From contig NW_020847747.1 in assembly GCF_003704095.1 (NCBI RefSeq), positions 744,001 through 808,000 of the forward strand: DNA of 64,000 bases, given 5' to 3'. Origin of the DNA: Pocillopora damicornis. Lineage: Eukaryota. Both the position numbers and the translations under genes were made by a program. Under the pieces are notes generated by a model. It was not told the DNA's origin. It saw only the letters and a list, made by a program, of their open reading frames with translations, and searched no databases. This document shows, in pieces, positions 12,701 to 25,799 of the stretch (position 1 is the stretch's first letter; every line of letters begins with the position of its first letter).

Positions 12701-15700
12701 GTCGATGGCATAGATGTCTATTTCGATACTAAAATTTGTAATTAAACTAGACATGCGACAATATGATTCCACCTTCGCGGAGAAAACAAAGTCTTCTGAT
12801 TTTTTCACTTTCGTTGGCTGCATGATATCTTCAGAGAGAGGCTGTCCATTTACTGTGGGTGAAGATATGTTGAGAGGCTTGCAGGATGGATCACCTTCAA
12901 AGGAAGTCAACCACAAAAAGACGTATTAGCGAAATTTTGGATATCTCTTTTGCTGTTTTGGGCTCATTTGTGTTTTTGAATCAAGGAAGGAATCTTTTTG
13001 GGTACTAAAACAACCTATGTTTATGACAATAATTTCTATCATTTTTGCGTGTAATGAACTAAGAGAAAGACGCTGAAAAGTAGAGCTGCACCCAACTGAA
13101 TAAAAACCTAACGCTAGTTTTTAGAAATACTGCCCCTTACCTCTATCTTCAAATACCGGCCCATTAACAGGATCAAAAATTCCCACGTACGTGTGTGACC
13201 CAAGCTTCTTCGTAACAACGGCCGTGATGTGTTTTGTGCTGTTCATTAGAGTCCTGAGAAGAATTTCTGCCAATACATTTGGTTTTGACCCTGATGGACT
13301 GGAACACCATTAAAAAGGAGCATTAAATATATCTTAGATAACATGATAATCAGCATAGGAATTTTTTCTTTGTTTATTTCATCATCAGAAGCTCATTCCG
13401 ACTCAATTGAATAGTTCAATAATCAACTTTTGTTATTCGCAATGGTAAGCAAGTATTGAAGGTGAAAATTGTATAATTTTAATGCTTACGAAAAAGCTAG
13501 AGTGAAAAAATTTAACATAAGTGAAGTATATTTCCATGTTAACAAAAACAGGCAATGATTGGAAGCTATGTGACACTTTCAAGAGTTGTCGTTCTCTCAA
13601 AACTCATTTACCTGAATATCCTTAAAGCTGAACCGAAGAAGTGAACTCTTTCATCAAACAACAAGGAGTTATCGACCTACATAACAAATATAACCCGTTG
13701 TGAATGAGAGAAAAATCAAGATTTTGATTGGCGTGATGACTTATTTTAAAAAGTAATCATACAAATTGCAGAAAGATATCAACAACAAAGAAAGCGGCTC
13801 AGAGCTAAATTACGTTCTTTAACCCTTGCCAGTTCAACGTAATGATTAAATTAAAGCGGATAAGTTACAACATTGATGATCTTCATTTACGTACTTATTG
13901 CAATTGTGAGTCATTTTTGCAAGAGTTGATCTGCAATTTTTCCGTATTACCTTAAGACTTTGATAAATTCAGAATTTATCTAACTTACTTACCTCATGAA
14001 TGACCTCATCATGCTTATTCTGGTACAGAGTAGAACTTTCGTTCTTAAGGGCAAGTGTGAATGTTATATTCTTCAACTCAAGCCACACAACCAGAAAGAA
14101 TTCAGTCTCTGTGTCACACACGTCATGAAAAGACAAATTAGTGAAAATTAGAATTTGTAATTTTTTCAGCCTGAAAAAGTTATGCAAACAATTATCTTTG
14201 AAAATGGCGCGATATATCGCGCATTTTATCGCGACATGAGAATAATAAATCGACTAGATACCGGGGCTTTCCTGCAATATATCGTTCCAGCGGTATCTCG
14301 TTTCAGAGATATATGGCTCCAGCGGAACATCGCCACAACAATATATCGTTCATATGTCAAAGGGCTTATTATGTTATCAAGAAATATCGCTAAAGCGAAA
14401 TAACGCTACAGTGATTTATCCTGGAGCGATGGAAGCCTCTTTACAATATATCGTAGTAGCGATATATTGCCACAAAGATTTTTCTTCCAAGCTGAATAGT
14501 AACTTGAAATGGCAGCCTAGTCAAAAAATGATCATACTAAAGGCAGCCCACAATTAACTACTCGTTCCGAAACATAAAGGGCCGTATATGTAGATAAAGG
14601 TTCAGCCGTTTTTTTTTTAACAAAACCGCGTCGTAAACAATCCTTAGTTTACCTGGACCTTTTATCTGAACATCTGCTTTTGTTAACAGTGTTAAGAGAG
14701 GCGAAAGCTAACAATTGAAGGATATTTATTTAATTATATCAACCCTCTTGTGAAGAAAGTCTAAGGCCCAAAGAAAGCGTAAAACCGTGGTTTGGGGTGA
14801 TGGCTAACGGTTAAAATTTGTCAATTTTTACGCCTAACGGCTAATTTTTTTTGTTTTCGTTATAAGGTGGCTAATAGTTAACCTCATGGAGACCCTCATG
14901 TAGCAATCGCAGCCGCAGATGGATCGAAATTTCTATTATATGTTCGGTTTACACTTTTAAGTGCTTTCATTGTTACCTTGGTATTTTGTTTTCCACAAAA
15001 TAGGGGCATGGAAATGTCGAAAACATTGGTACTATTTAGTAGAAAATAAATTGCAATCTGGTCGCCCATAAACTGAATGTCGATCCATGATGACAGAACT
15101 GAAATCCCTTTCCTTATTTCTCCCTTTACATCCGGGAAATTACTTACCCTGACTACATGTTGGTCCTCCGAAGCCTGCAGGGCATGCGCAGGTGAAACCG
15201 TTGATCTGATCCTTGCACGTAGCGCCCTGGTGGCATGGGTTACTTCCACATTCGTTTAGCTCTAACACAAGAATATTGTTTCAATAAATTCATCGCATTC
15301 ACAGAGGTGAAAAAAGGCCACTGAACATGTTTGTTTAACAGTATGTCCACATTGAACAACATGACTTACCAATGTTACAACTCTTTCCAGTGAAACCAGG
15401 AGTACAATCACAACTAAAGTCATTTACGAGATCCTTACATGATCCATTGACGCAAGGATTCATTTCGCATTCGTTAATGTCTGCAAGAAAAAGATCCAAC
15501 TTATCAGAAACGTATTATTTGATAATTCTGGGAAATGCTGTAGAAAAAGCAAATAAATGTTAAAAGAGTATGGAAAGCATTTTTGTGAGCCATAAATACA
15601 TTTTTGACAGTAAAACACATATATAAGACATTTGAATAATAAAATATAAAACTAAGAAATGTATAACATTCATTTACCTATTTCACAATTTGATCCATTA

Positions 15701-18700
15701 AATCCAGCCGAACAGTTGCAGTGAAAATCATTAAATAAGTCTGTGCAAGTTCCATTGTTCTGACAAGGATTGTAAGCACATTCATCTGTTTCTGCAACCA
15801 AAAGCACTTCACTAGAAAACATTAAAACTTAACCCTTCTTGTGTCAATATGACACTCTCACTTAAAAGGGTTACGATTGACAATCTAAATGATGCAAACA
15901 CCTGCACTGCAGGCCCCTTATGAATAAAAAGATGACATGATTACCAACCTGTGTCACATTTCTTTCCAGAGTATCCCGGCAAACAGCCAAGGCATTGGTA
16001 ATCATTAACCAAATCAAAACAACTGCCATTATTCTGACAGGGACTGGTCGCACAGTCATCAATGTCTGGGAAACAAAATCAGAAAGATATGGCCAATAGC
16101 ACTGATAATATGGTCGATATTTGGCCACACCATAAGCGGCGGAGGCTGGAGGAGATATCTAAGAGCTCTTATCAGATTATGATGATGGATTTCAGACAAT
16201 ATAAATAAATCAAACAGACGGTATGAAAAAATACTTACTAATTTCACAGTGGGTGCCATTAAAGCCATCAGAGCAGTTGCACTTATATCCTCGGATTTGT
16301 TCCCAACAAGTACCGTTGTTCTGACATGGAAGACTTTCACATTCATTTCCATCTGAAATAGATGAGGAAGTTTTTAAATTATGCTTCAATGAATTACAGT
16401 GAAAGAAAGAAACAAACTGTCCATTATAAAAATAGTGTTGCTTCACTTTTCTGCGAGTTTCTGTTGGTCCTGCAAAGACACCACCTCAAGAAGAAAAGAA
16501 AATCTTACAAGTTACTGAGGTAACGTTTAATTAAAAAGAGGGACTTCTGCCGCTAGCTTTCAAAATTGTTTAATTTTTTTAGGGGTTAGAGGATTTTTCC
16601 TTCAGAAGCGTTTTCTGCACATTCATGTTTAAGACAGTGATTTTTGTCTTAGAATGTGTGCAAATACATTTAAAACAGCTCCTCTTGTTTTGCCATGCTA
16701 TTGGTAATTCTTCCCGCAGCAATTTCTTCCGAAAATTGAAAAGCGTTCCGTTCTTTAATATTTTAGATAAATACAAAGCGCCAAATTTTACTTCTCATTT
16801 AGCAAACGGGCCTTGCAAATTCCCTCGTAAAATAAATTTTCGGGAGGTCTTACTTGGTAAGCTTTCAAACATAACTGATTGCATGAGCCAACCTGCAATA
16901 CATCCATATAATTCCAGTCTTAGAGCAAAGTTATTTTCCCATTCAATTGGTATGACATGAACTGATTTGACCATCGCCGGCCTTGGCACCACGTGGCGTG
17001 TTATAGCGTTATCGTCCACGTTACCTATAAATTGCTGACGAAAAATAAAGATATGTCTATCGAGAAATGTTTGTTAAATCTACATTGTGTATCAATATAT
17101 CAAAAGAGCGAGGTCAGTGTCACGACTGACTCGCCTTTAAGAGTCTCGTGCTAGATACCTGTCACATTTCACTGTCCATAATATTGTTATTGACTAATGA
17201 ATAGATTTATGAGTCGCATTAACTTGCCTAAATCTAACATTGCTCCGTTCAGGAAAGATAAACCTAACTTGTTTCACTTCTTTTTTTGTCGCCAACTATA
17301 TCTGTATCAATCTTTCCTTGATATAAAGAAATTTTTCTGTTACCTTTGCACGGTCTTCGTTTTTCTCCTTGAAGAAATGTGTGCCGGATCCAATTGAATA
17401 TCCTAGGTGATATCCCTTAGTCCATTCTTGTATATGTTTTCCATTGTAGCCTTGAGTGGCTACTTCAGTTATAATCATAGCTTGATCAAATGTCACTGTA
17501 AATGACGAAACATTTGCCCCTGGTTGAGCTCGATATCCGCCAGTCTGATTCAGTCTTCCTCGCCCAGGCCCGTATAGAGTGCAGTTGTCTCCATAGACTG
17601 AGCTGGCAGTTAACTGAGTGTCATTTATTCGTCCATCCGCTAATCCAAGTGGCTTGTGACAATCTAAGAACGAAATATTTGGTCAGACGTCAACATTATG
17701 AGACCTAGTTTCGGTCAGTCAATTCGAGTCTAAGGACCTCTAAGTATAAATACTTTACGATTCAATGAACCTTCACTACTTATTTTTGCAGTATCTGTCG
17801 GCGAGGATATATCTTTTGGAATTGCCGAGGAATTTAAGTTTTCTCAGGATGATTAACGCAAACTTATCGAGAAACAGTGTGCACTTTTTGCAATGGCACT
17901 AGTCTCACTACGGTCCATAAAATCATCTTTCGATTGATTTCATTCCTATGCAGATTAGCTTTGCCTGTTAAAAAGTCCGATAGAAATGACGGATTATCTA
18001 AAACAAGCATTTCCGAGTCATGAATCCATCCTCAGAGTCTTTATAAAATATGTCATCTTCATAAGTACTTTTCGGACAGAAAAGATAAGCATAAAACTTA
18101 AGCCAGGTAATTGACATTGAATTGTTCTGATACGTACATAAACAAGAAATTTTTTTTGGTTAAGGCAAAAACAACATTAAGTGTTTTCCCAACGTGTGCA
18201 CAAACAAGTTGATTGAAATTTGTGTCTGTGTGAAAAATTCACAGTTAATTTGCAGGGTGCACTTTCATTAGCGCAGATAGCTGAAGATTACTGTGATTTG
18301 ATATCAACTTGGTGTACAAAAGGCTCCTTGCTTAGATGAATTTTTGATCAAGGAACGTATAACTCAGGTGCAAAGATCGCTAAGTTAGGTTCGTTTGTCT
18401 GAAAACCTAGACCATACCAGACCAGTTGAAAACCAAAGTGACAAAAGCCCCCAGCCAACGTGACGTAAATCAGATCAAATCAAAGGTGCGAAATTTAAGA
18501 AGTTTTGTCACTCACACCGAAAAACAGGAGTTATGAAGAAACTGCTCCACTAATCAAATGATTGATCGGTCTCTAAAACAAAAGTCTACAGAATAGATAG
18601 ACCAACCTTTTGATAAAACTTCAAAGTTCTTCATTAAGACGATCAGTGAAAAGGAGAGTATATAAAAGCCCCTGTTAATTCTAACGGCCATGTTCACTAA

Positions 18701-20815
18701 ATGGTTCGGTCGTCGTATTTGGGGCGCAAATGCGTGTTTGCAGTTGAAACAAAAATTGTTTACTTTACAGCAATCAGCTGAATTCCTTATCACACTGGAA
18801 ACGACATGTTAAGATCTCGGATAGAAATAGGTTAAAAGAGAACGTGAGCTCTGGTTCTCAGTTTAGTTCCTTCTCAAGGCTGAAGGGAGAAAGGAAGGCT
18901 GATTTGTCGGTAAGAGTTCTTTAAGACATTTTGGCTAAATTGTCTTCTTATTGCACATTTTAAGCCAATTTACCTCATGAAAGTGCCGAAGGGGGGTGTT
19001 TTTAATCAATAATTGACGCATTCCTGAGCACTTTTGGAGACAGTGATTTAGTCTTATGCAGCTCTCTCGACTTTTGATTTTAGTTAATCAATGGCTGATC
19101 TGTGATTGGTTTAAAAGAATAAACACAATGAAATTAGCAGGAGCAGATAAAAGAGGCTAATTGTTCAAACTTCATGATATATCAAACTGACAAAATTCAT
19201 GATGAAAACACATTGACGCGTTGCCAACCGAGTTTTTGATTGACAGATTTATATTAAACTTTTAGTTGTTTTAATTTCTTGACCAATGGAATCTCGATTC
19301 CGGTAGGAGAGCTCTGCTCGCACAATTTGTTTGAATTAAAACATAGACATGCGACTCGATCCCTTCAAGTTTGTTATTCAGGTTCCGTGCGCCCTTCCTT
19401 TAACTTCAGAGTACCAGGCTAATGGATCTGGATCTAATTATTCTCAATTATTCTCAAAATTTTTTTTTAGTTCGTGCAATCTCACAGCTCGTACAGGAGT
19501 ATAACAATTAACATACTTTATGATCACATGTGGTTACAATAGTTCTATTTGAACTGCTTTGGCCTCAATAAAAGCTGCTATGCGAATTGAGAAAAGAAAT
19601 GATATCACATCTCTTTGATAAAAGATGAATAACGTTAGAGTAGGTACAGCTTAGAATGGAAGCGAGACAAGATCAGCTCATTCAAACCGCCTGTCATTTT
19701 TTCTTAAGAGAAATCAATTATAGTTACACGCGAACTATAAGGTTAGTTGATATTTATCTTAGATAGCCAACTGCCGATAGTATGTAGCGCAACAGCTCGG
19801 CTGTAAGTGTAATTGACGTTTAAAAAAACACTCAGCCCTTTCAAATTTGATTTAAAGCGCGGTCGTTTTGACGAAAAGTGAAAACTCAGAGGGTTCCTGA
19901 TTTTATAAAATCCCGGCCCTAGGTATTTGTAGATTATTGTCTGATATACATGAATGATTATTATGAAAAAGCCATTATCAAACATGTCTCTCTAGCTGAC
20001 GTCACCACTGTATGGCCTGCTTGTGACTCAAACGGATCATTTGTAAATCGACGAAAGGATAAACTGAGTAAAATTCGGCATAACATGGAGCTAATTTATC
20101 GGCCTCCTATCGAATCTATCCTTAATATTGGTTCAAAGTTGCTCTGTAACGCTGTTCAACTCGGAGTCTTTATATACCCTATCGGGTATCAAGGTCGATA
20201 AATTATTTTTTTTCTCAACCTCCCACATGAATTCTAACAATAATATTGATACAGGATTATCTGTTGGTCGTAGTGCTGGAGGAAAACCTGACAGTGCCAT
20301 AAATAAACTCAAGACAAGACAAAACGATGATATGAAATTAATGTATTAATTAACTTTTCAACAAGTTTACAATTCAGTGAAACATATGATTGAAATTTTA
20401 AGATAAGCGGAGCAAAAGACATTGGTTTCCGAAAATATTTACTGAGCAGTTGGGAATTCGATAAAATATTCATACCGACCCTCTCTTGATGATGCGCAAG
20501 ATCGCGATTCATCGATTTTCAAACTGGTGTGTTTTGCAACTTAACACAACATTTTGATAATCATGGTGCTTCAATATAATCTTAGGTTTTCTAATGAGTA
20601 TAATCTTTATAATAAGATTGTCGATGTAGTTAGATATATTTGTCAGCAAAGTCCCTCGACTGCATGATTGAAGCAACATACAGCACAAAACAAATACACA
20701 ATTAAAATGGTAAAAAAACAAACCTACCATCCCCGATATAGAAACATTGGGCCGGCCATATGGAGTGGATCACAGCTTCCGTCAAAAAGATGATGAACAC
20801 ATTAAGGTTGTTCAT
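704..20815 (-). CDS. Polycystin-1 family (PKD1L2/PKDREJ-like) receptor-channel subunit, ~2659 aa, 22 exons
   Basis: Phase-consistent GT-AG exons: 20728-20815 (signal peptide), 17344-17663 and 16893-17034 (F5/8C: [21 protein letters not shown]...ALRLELYGC), five EGF exons 16239-16352, 15949-16065, 15678-15791, 15370-15480, 15148-15261, SEA-like 13993-14108, 13612-13676, 13141-13298, REJ 12093-12894, 11243-11831, GAIN region 9837-10013, 9253-9378, 6933-7145, 6470-6718, 5461-6204, GPS/TM1 4883-5119 (CQYWN...WSTKGC...[11 protein letters not shown]...PNPIDF), PLAT+TMs 3380-4696 (GTTANV...LWHDNSG...[10 protein letters not shown]; [16 protein letters not shown]), 2838-3009, and 704-2598 (polycystin channel domain: [28 protein letters not shown]). 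Total 7980 nt, divisible by 3. N-gaps in introns could hide additional symmetric exons. Confidence 0.93.
7548..8700. repeat. Interspersed repeat / transposon remnant in a polycystin intron, interrupted by N-gaps
   Basis: GC-richer sequence with a repeated CACGGTAACG motif, CTGATTGG/CCAATC boxes and GCGCATGCGC; flanks several assembly gaps. Resembles common coral repeats (from memory only); boundaries are approximate. Confidence 0.4.
10401..11205. mobile_element. Non-autonomous DNA transposon (MITE) with ~160 bp terminal inverted repeats; TTAA/TGAA flanks (Kolobok-like)
   Basis: Left arm GAGAGGATGTCAGCATCCATC...ATTGTGGTGTAGTTTTT...TTTTAGTTTTCGAGAAATGAC...TTCGTTCGACC (10401-10565) is the reverse complement of the right arm GGTCGAACGAAAAAAATTATTTCTCGAAAACTAAAA...CTACACCACAAT...GATGCATGCTGACATTAGCTC (11044-11205). 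Flanks are TTAA (10397-10400) and TGAA (11206-11209). Confidence 0.8.
14205..14475. repeat. Degenerate ~15-bp minisatellite built on the palindromic core GCGATATATCGC
   Basis: Recurring ATATATCG / ATATATGG / AAATATCG motifs, often followed by -CCAGCG or -TAGCG, at multiples of about 15 nt. Confidence 0.5.
18607..18691 (-). CDS. Candidate alternative first (signal-peptide) exon of the polycystin gene
   Basis: ATG at 18691 encodes [28 protein letters not shown], then a phase-1 donor (AAAG|GTTGGT) compatible with the phase-1 acceptor of the F5/8C exon at 17663. Confidence 0.5.
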
Positions 20816-23800
20816 GGTTTGGAAGGTTGTTCAGACGCGTTAGAACAGCTCTCCTTTGAAAATCACAAGAGGTTCATCTAAAGGTCACAGGTGTCGCGCT
20901 GAAACAATACACGCATTATAAGTATGTTTTCATAATTAAGAAGATTTTTGTAGTTGTGAACTAAAAATGAGACACAGCTTCCTGTAAAAAAAATTCCGTA
21001 ATGAAGCCTAAGGTTTGATGCAGGTTCTTCTGAGTGTCTCAAATATTTTCTTTAGTAAAATGGCCATCATTTTCTTGCAGCATCCATAATTACAGCAAAG
21101 GCATCTCTAGGCAATAACATACTGGAAGGCCTGCATTGCATCCCAATCGAAGCATAAATTTCCTTTTCCAGCTCTACTTCATATAATTACTTTGGCTAGG
21201 TTTGTTTTGAGAGGATCAGTTTGATATTATCTTCCACAGACACTGGGTTAAATGAGTTTTCGGTGTACCATCTGTATTGCTTATCGATCATTTCACCTCA
21301 ATTTCTTGATTTGGAAAAACTGAGATTTGTTGAAATCTAAACGAGATTTTTATTGAATGTCCCAAGTTGCATATAGAACCGGATATTACGAGCGTACACA
21401 ATTAGCTTTTTCGATAACAGCCTCGGGAATTTCACACTGTAAACATTAGGTTCTCTCGCTGGCTGTTTAAGTGTTTTCAGTTTTATAATCAGTAGTTATC
21501 AACATGTCCTTAGTTTTTTTGCCATTGAATTTTGAATTGTTATATGCTTAATTCATATCCTCAGCGAGCAATAATTTTAATCCAAGCTCAAATATTAGCA
21601 CCTAGACTTTCAAAATCGTTTGCTTCGGCTTTCCCCTTAGTTCCACAAAACAAAACAATCTCTTTGATAATCCCTATATGGCATTGGAGCTTTTTATCAT
21701 TGTAACTGATCACTTTAAAAATCATCACCTCGATGATTTACATTTTTGTTGAACTAACTGATAAAAATTGATTGTTCGGTTAGTTAAATACAAGACGTTT
21801 TGTCCCTGATGGGTCTCTCGGGCGCGCAATTGATTCAATAATTTTATCGCATATCTGTGAAAAAGAGATTGTGTTTATTCTGGAAATCTCGAGGTTACTT
21901 AATCTCGTGAATATTATTTGTGATAGTGATATATAACTTTTGAATTACGTTCGGCAGATAAAGTGTGCAGCGACATGCGGCATAACGATCAATGTTTATA
22001 GATAGCACCCCTTACAAGTACCTTGGTTTAGCAGCTGATACTTTAGATGAATCTCTCTTGAAATCAATCCATATCAATCCATAAAGAGTACTTCCGAACT
22101 TCATTTCTGAAAAGGGATTCACCCTCAGTGCTTTGATTTCCACCGTTAATGATAAAAGCGAATGAGTTTAACATGACCACTTTGTGTTGGTAACCAATCG
22201 GTTTGACGAGCTCGGTACAATTTTTCTGATACAGCTTGAGATACCTTTTCAGCTGCTCCGCGAATATATTCAGTCTGAAAAAAACACTGTAGAAACTTAT
22301 TTCGAAAGTTATGTGGACTTATTTTAGTTGTGAAGCTTAATGGAAAATTTTACGTCACTCAAAGATCAACATTTAATGAGAAATTATTCCTCTTGTAATG
22401 GATACTGTCCAAGTAAATGACAGACCGTCACGTTCTCAAATTCATTAACGCTGAGCCGTTGAGTGGGATGAGCAGTTCTGTCTGGAAGAAAATAACTTTG
22501 TCTCCTAATTGTAACGGCAAGGGTGATCGATCTGCAACCGACCCATGTAGAGATTTTAGACATATTCACCTTTTTAACTAGAACAAAACTTTTTCAAAAA
22601 TAACTAAATCAACGTTTTCAATAAACAACTAATCCAGCAGTTGTTTGGTTTCCCTAAAGAACCAGTAATAATGACCATCTTAAAAAGGACACAGCAAGAT
22701 GTTTTTTCTGAAGTTTTGAGAGTTAAATGATTTATATTTCGATATATTGATGGTATTTTTAACCTATCTATTATTTATATACTTTGCTTATATTACCATC
22801 AACTTCAACTGCTAATCATTTATTCATGATTTTAAAAACGAATCAGTATATCAAATTGTAATCATATCTTATTTCTCATTCCTAGCCATCGTCTGTGCCA
22901 GTATAAGATTTGAATGTATTTTGTTTTAAGAAATCTTGAATATATCATTTAAGCTGTGGAAGCATTTGCCACTAAAAAAGTTTGCAATTCCATGGATCCG
23001 TGTCAAGACTGGTTCACCTGCATGACCTTTAATATGCATTCGTAAAATCCATCAGAAAAGCTTATTTATACTATATCCCCCATCCGTTCTTATCTTGTTA
23101 TAAGATCTTTTCATCCTATCAATTTCTTCTAGCGAAGTTCATGTTCTGAGAAAATAGTTCGAGAACTGAATTGCGGGAAATCATATTCCCAAATACGTTT
23201 TTTTAAAATTGTTACTTCAAAGGCGGCAGACCTCTCTGCTCACAAACACTGTATGTATACTAACCACTATACAACCCTAGCAACCATATGCCTAGAATTT
23301 TTCTCTTGTGTTTTAAAGTAATTCTAAAAGAATTTCCTAGGTGTATGCAAGGCGAGCAGTTGGAAGGCATCGTCCGCCATCATTCTATTTTTTTCAGTTT
23401 CTTGGACGGAGATGATTTAACGTGCGGCAAAAACAACGTGAGATATTTGGCATACTGCATGTATGTTCTTCTGTTATAACATACTTAATTTTTTTTTGAT
23501 AAGAGAAAAGACAAAGAAAGAAATAAAAAAGAGCACTGACTAATATTCATACAGGCATACTTGATAACAAACTTAAACTTTGCATTAGTAGTTCTTCCAA
23601 ACGCCTCACAATACTCGTTGTCAATTTATTTTTGACATCAGAAGTCAAACGGATCGAACACAAGGATGATAAGCACAACTTGCAAATAGGGCAATTAACT
23701 ATTTTCTATAACTTTAGGTCAGTTCTACTTAACATTCACGAATCATGGCTAATGACTACAGTCTTTACAAACAAGCTCAACTCAGAAATAGATACAACGG

Positions 23801-24977
23801 AATCTATTATAAATCGCTCACAAATTACAGCAAAACTCCAAACTTCAGTAGTCTAAAAAGTTACCTTGTTACTCACCGGTAAATTGGACTCTTCAATATG
23901 ATGCATTGTTCAAGAAAAATGAATTACCGCTTGATTCATTTACGAAATATACCGCTATTTTTAATTACGTTTCGCTCGGCTTACTTTACGACAGAACTGA
24001 CGTCAAGGGATAAACGTTCCAAGGAAGACATTGTTTATGGCGTCTAAGGTATTTGTCCCTTGGTGTCAATCAAATGGAATCAAGTCCTTTGAGAATTTGG
24101 CAGAACGTCTTTTCTTAAACAGAGAATGTGAACACCCAGAGGTCATGCAATGAACTACGGAAAACTATAGCGTAAAAATACATTCGCATATGAAAATGAA
24201 AACCCGTTTGTCAGTTCAGAAACGCAGAAAAATGATAGCACAAATTTCCTCAGCACCGTGTTGCACTCCTCAGGCATAGCATTTTTCACCTGCTTCATAC
24301 GCGTTAAAGCTGTTGTTTATGACTGACCGGTGTGTAAAATCAATAGAATAATTAATGACCAATGTTTCGTGTGCGCCTGTAGATGCTTACTGTAATTGGT
24401 CTGAGACAGTTTGGGATTAGTTGCTGTGAACGCTATGTGACGTTGACTCTTGCAGTTAATAAAAAAAGTTAGAATATAGACAGAGTAGCGATAAATCTGT
24501 GAAGCAACACGATAAAACAAGTGTGGATAGTACTCTTTAAAAACAAAATATACATGGTTCTGAACCTTGCGTCCAGGGCCCACGCGCTTACCCTCGCCCT
24601 GATGATGAGGTTGAAAAGAACTCACCTATCATTTAAGTGAAGAGGCCCATCCTCTTGAAATCCGCCGTCATGACAGCATCATGCCGTATACACAACTTTA
24701 AAGGCTATTCATGCTTACCAAAACTTACAAAAACTTAAAGCGTTTTGGAACGAAAGCAGCGTATTCAAAACTCTCAACATTGCACTGATTAGTTTGAGTT
24801 TCCTTGAAGTTAAGTTGGACACTAAAACATGTGAAATTAAAGAAATCACCCACTTGGCATTCCAATGGAGACGGCTTGTGATGAACTAGTGGCACGTGTT
24901 CATCGATCACGCGACTATTGGGTAAGAATGTTTGGCACCTTTACTTACCAATCTATGTAAGGATGCTGCTAAAAATA

Positions 24978-25661
24978 GGAATGGAGAATAGGGAATGGAG
25001 AATGAGGAATGGAGAATGGGGAATGGAGAATGGGGAAGGGAGAATGGGGAATGGAGAGTGGGGAATGGAGAGTGGGGAATGGAGAATGGGGAATGGAGAA
25101 TGGGGAATGGAAAATGGGGAATGGAGAATGGGGAATGGAGAATGGGGAAGGGAGAATGGAGAAGGGAGAATGGGGAATGGGGAATGGAGAATGGGGAAGG
25201 AAGAACGGGGAATGGAGAATGGGGAAGGGAGAATGGGGAATGGAGAATGGGGAATGGAGAATGGGGAAGGGAGAATGGGGAAGGGAGAATGGGGAAGGGA
25301 GAATGGGGAAGGGAGAATGGGGAATGGAGAATGGGGAAGGGAGAATGGGGAAGGGAGAATGGAGAAGGGAGAATGGGGAAGGGAGAATGGGGAAGGGAGA
25401 ATGGGGAATGGAGAAGGGAGAATGGGGAAGGGAGAATGGGGAAGGGAGAATGGGGAAGGGAGAATGGGGAATGGAGAATGGGGAAGGGAAAATGATGAAT
25501 GGAGAATGGGGAATGGAGAATGGGGAATGGAGAATGGGGAAGGGAGAATGAGGAATGGGGAATGGAGAATGAGGAATGGCGAATGAGGAATGGAGAATGA
25601 GGAATGGAGAATGAGGAATGGAGAATGAGTAATGGGGAATGAGAAATGGGAAAATGGGAAT
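24978..25661 (+). repeat. Purine-rich 7-nt satellite (GGAGAAT/GGGGAAT/GGGGAAG), ~95 units
   Basis: Directly visible tandem array with 14- and 21-nt higher-order patterns; it accounts for the four spurious ORFs at 24907-25743. Confidence 0.97.
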
Positions 25662-25799
25662 TAATTTTCAATTTTTTTGGTTTAGGTTTACTGTTAATAA
25701 TAAGGAACAGATATTTTTCATTGATATCCACGTTCTCTTTCAAAAACGTCCTGGGGCAAAATTAAAGGAACGATATGAATTGATGATAAGAAAATTAAA

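Noticed and set aside
13894-13950. Possible extra polycystin exon between the SEA-like exons
   Set aside because: One acceptor leads to an in-frame stop, the other breaks phase and leaves an implausibly short intron; the model is consistent without it.
21050-21300. Minus-strand peptide LPRDAFAVI, faintly like a piggyBac transposase motif
   Set aside because: Too short, interrupted by stops, and no DDD catalytic motifs or TIRs seen.
24907-25743. Four overlapping ORFs (MENGEWRMG.../HSPFSLP... repeats)
   Set aside because: Artefacts of a stop-free 7-nt satellite; no splice or domain support.
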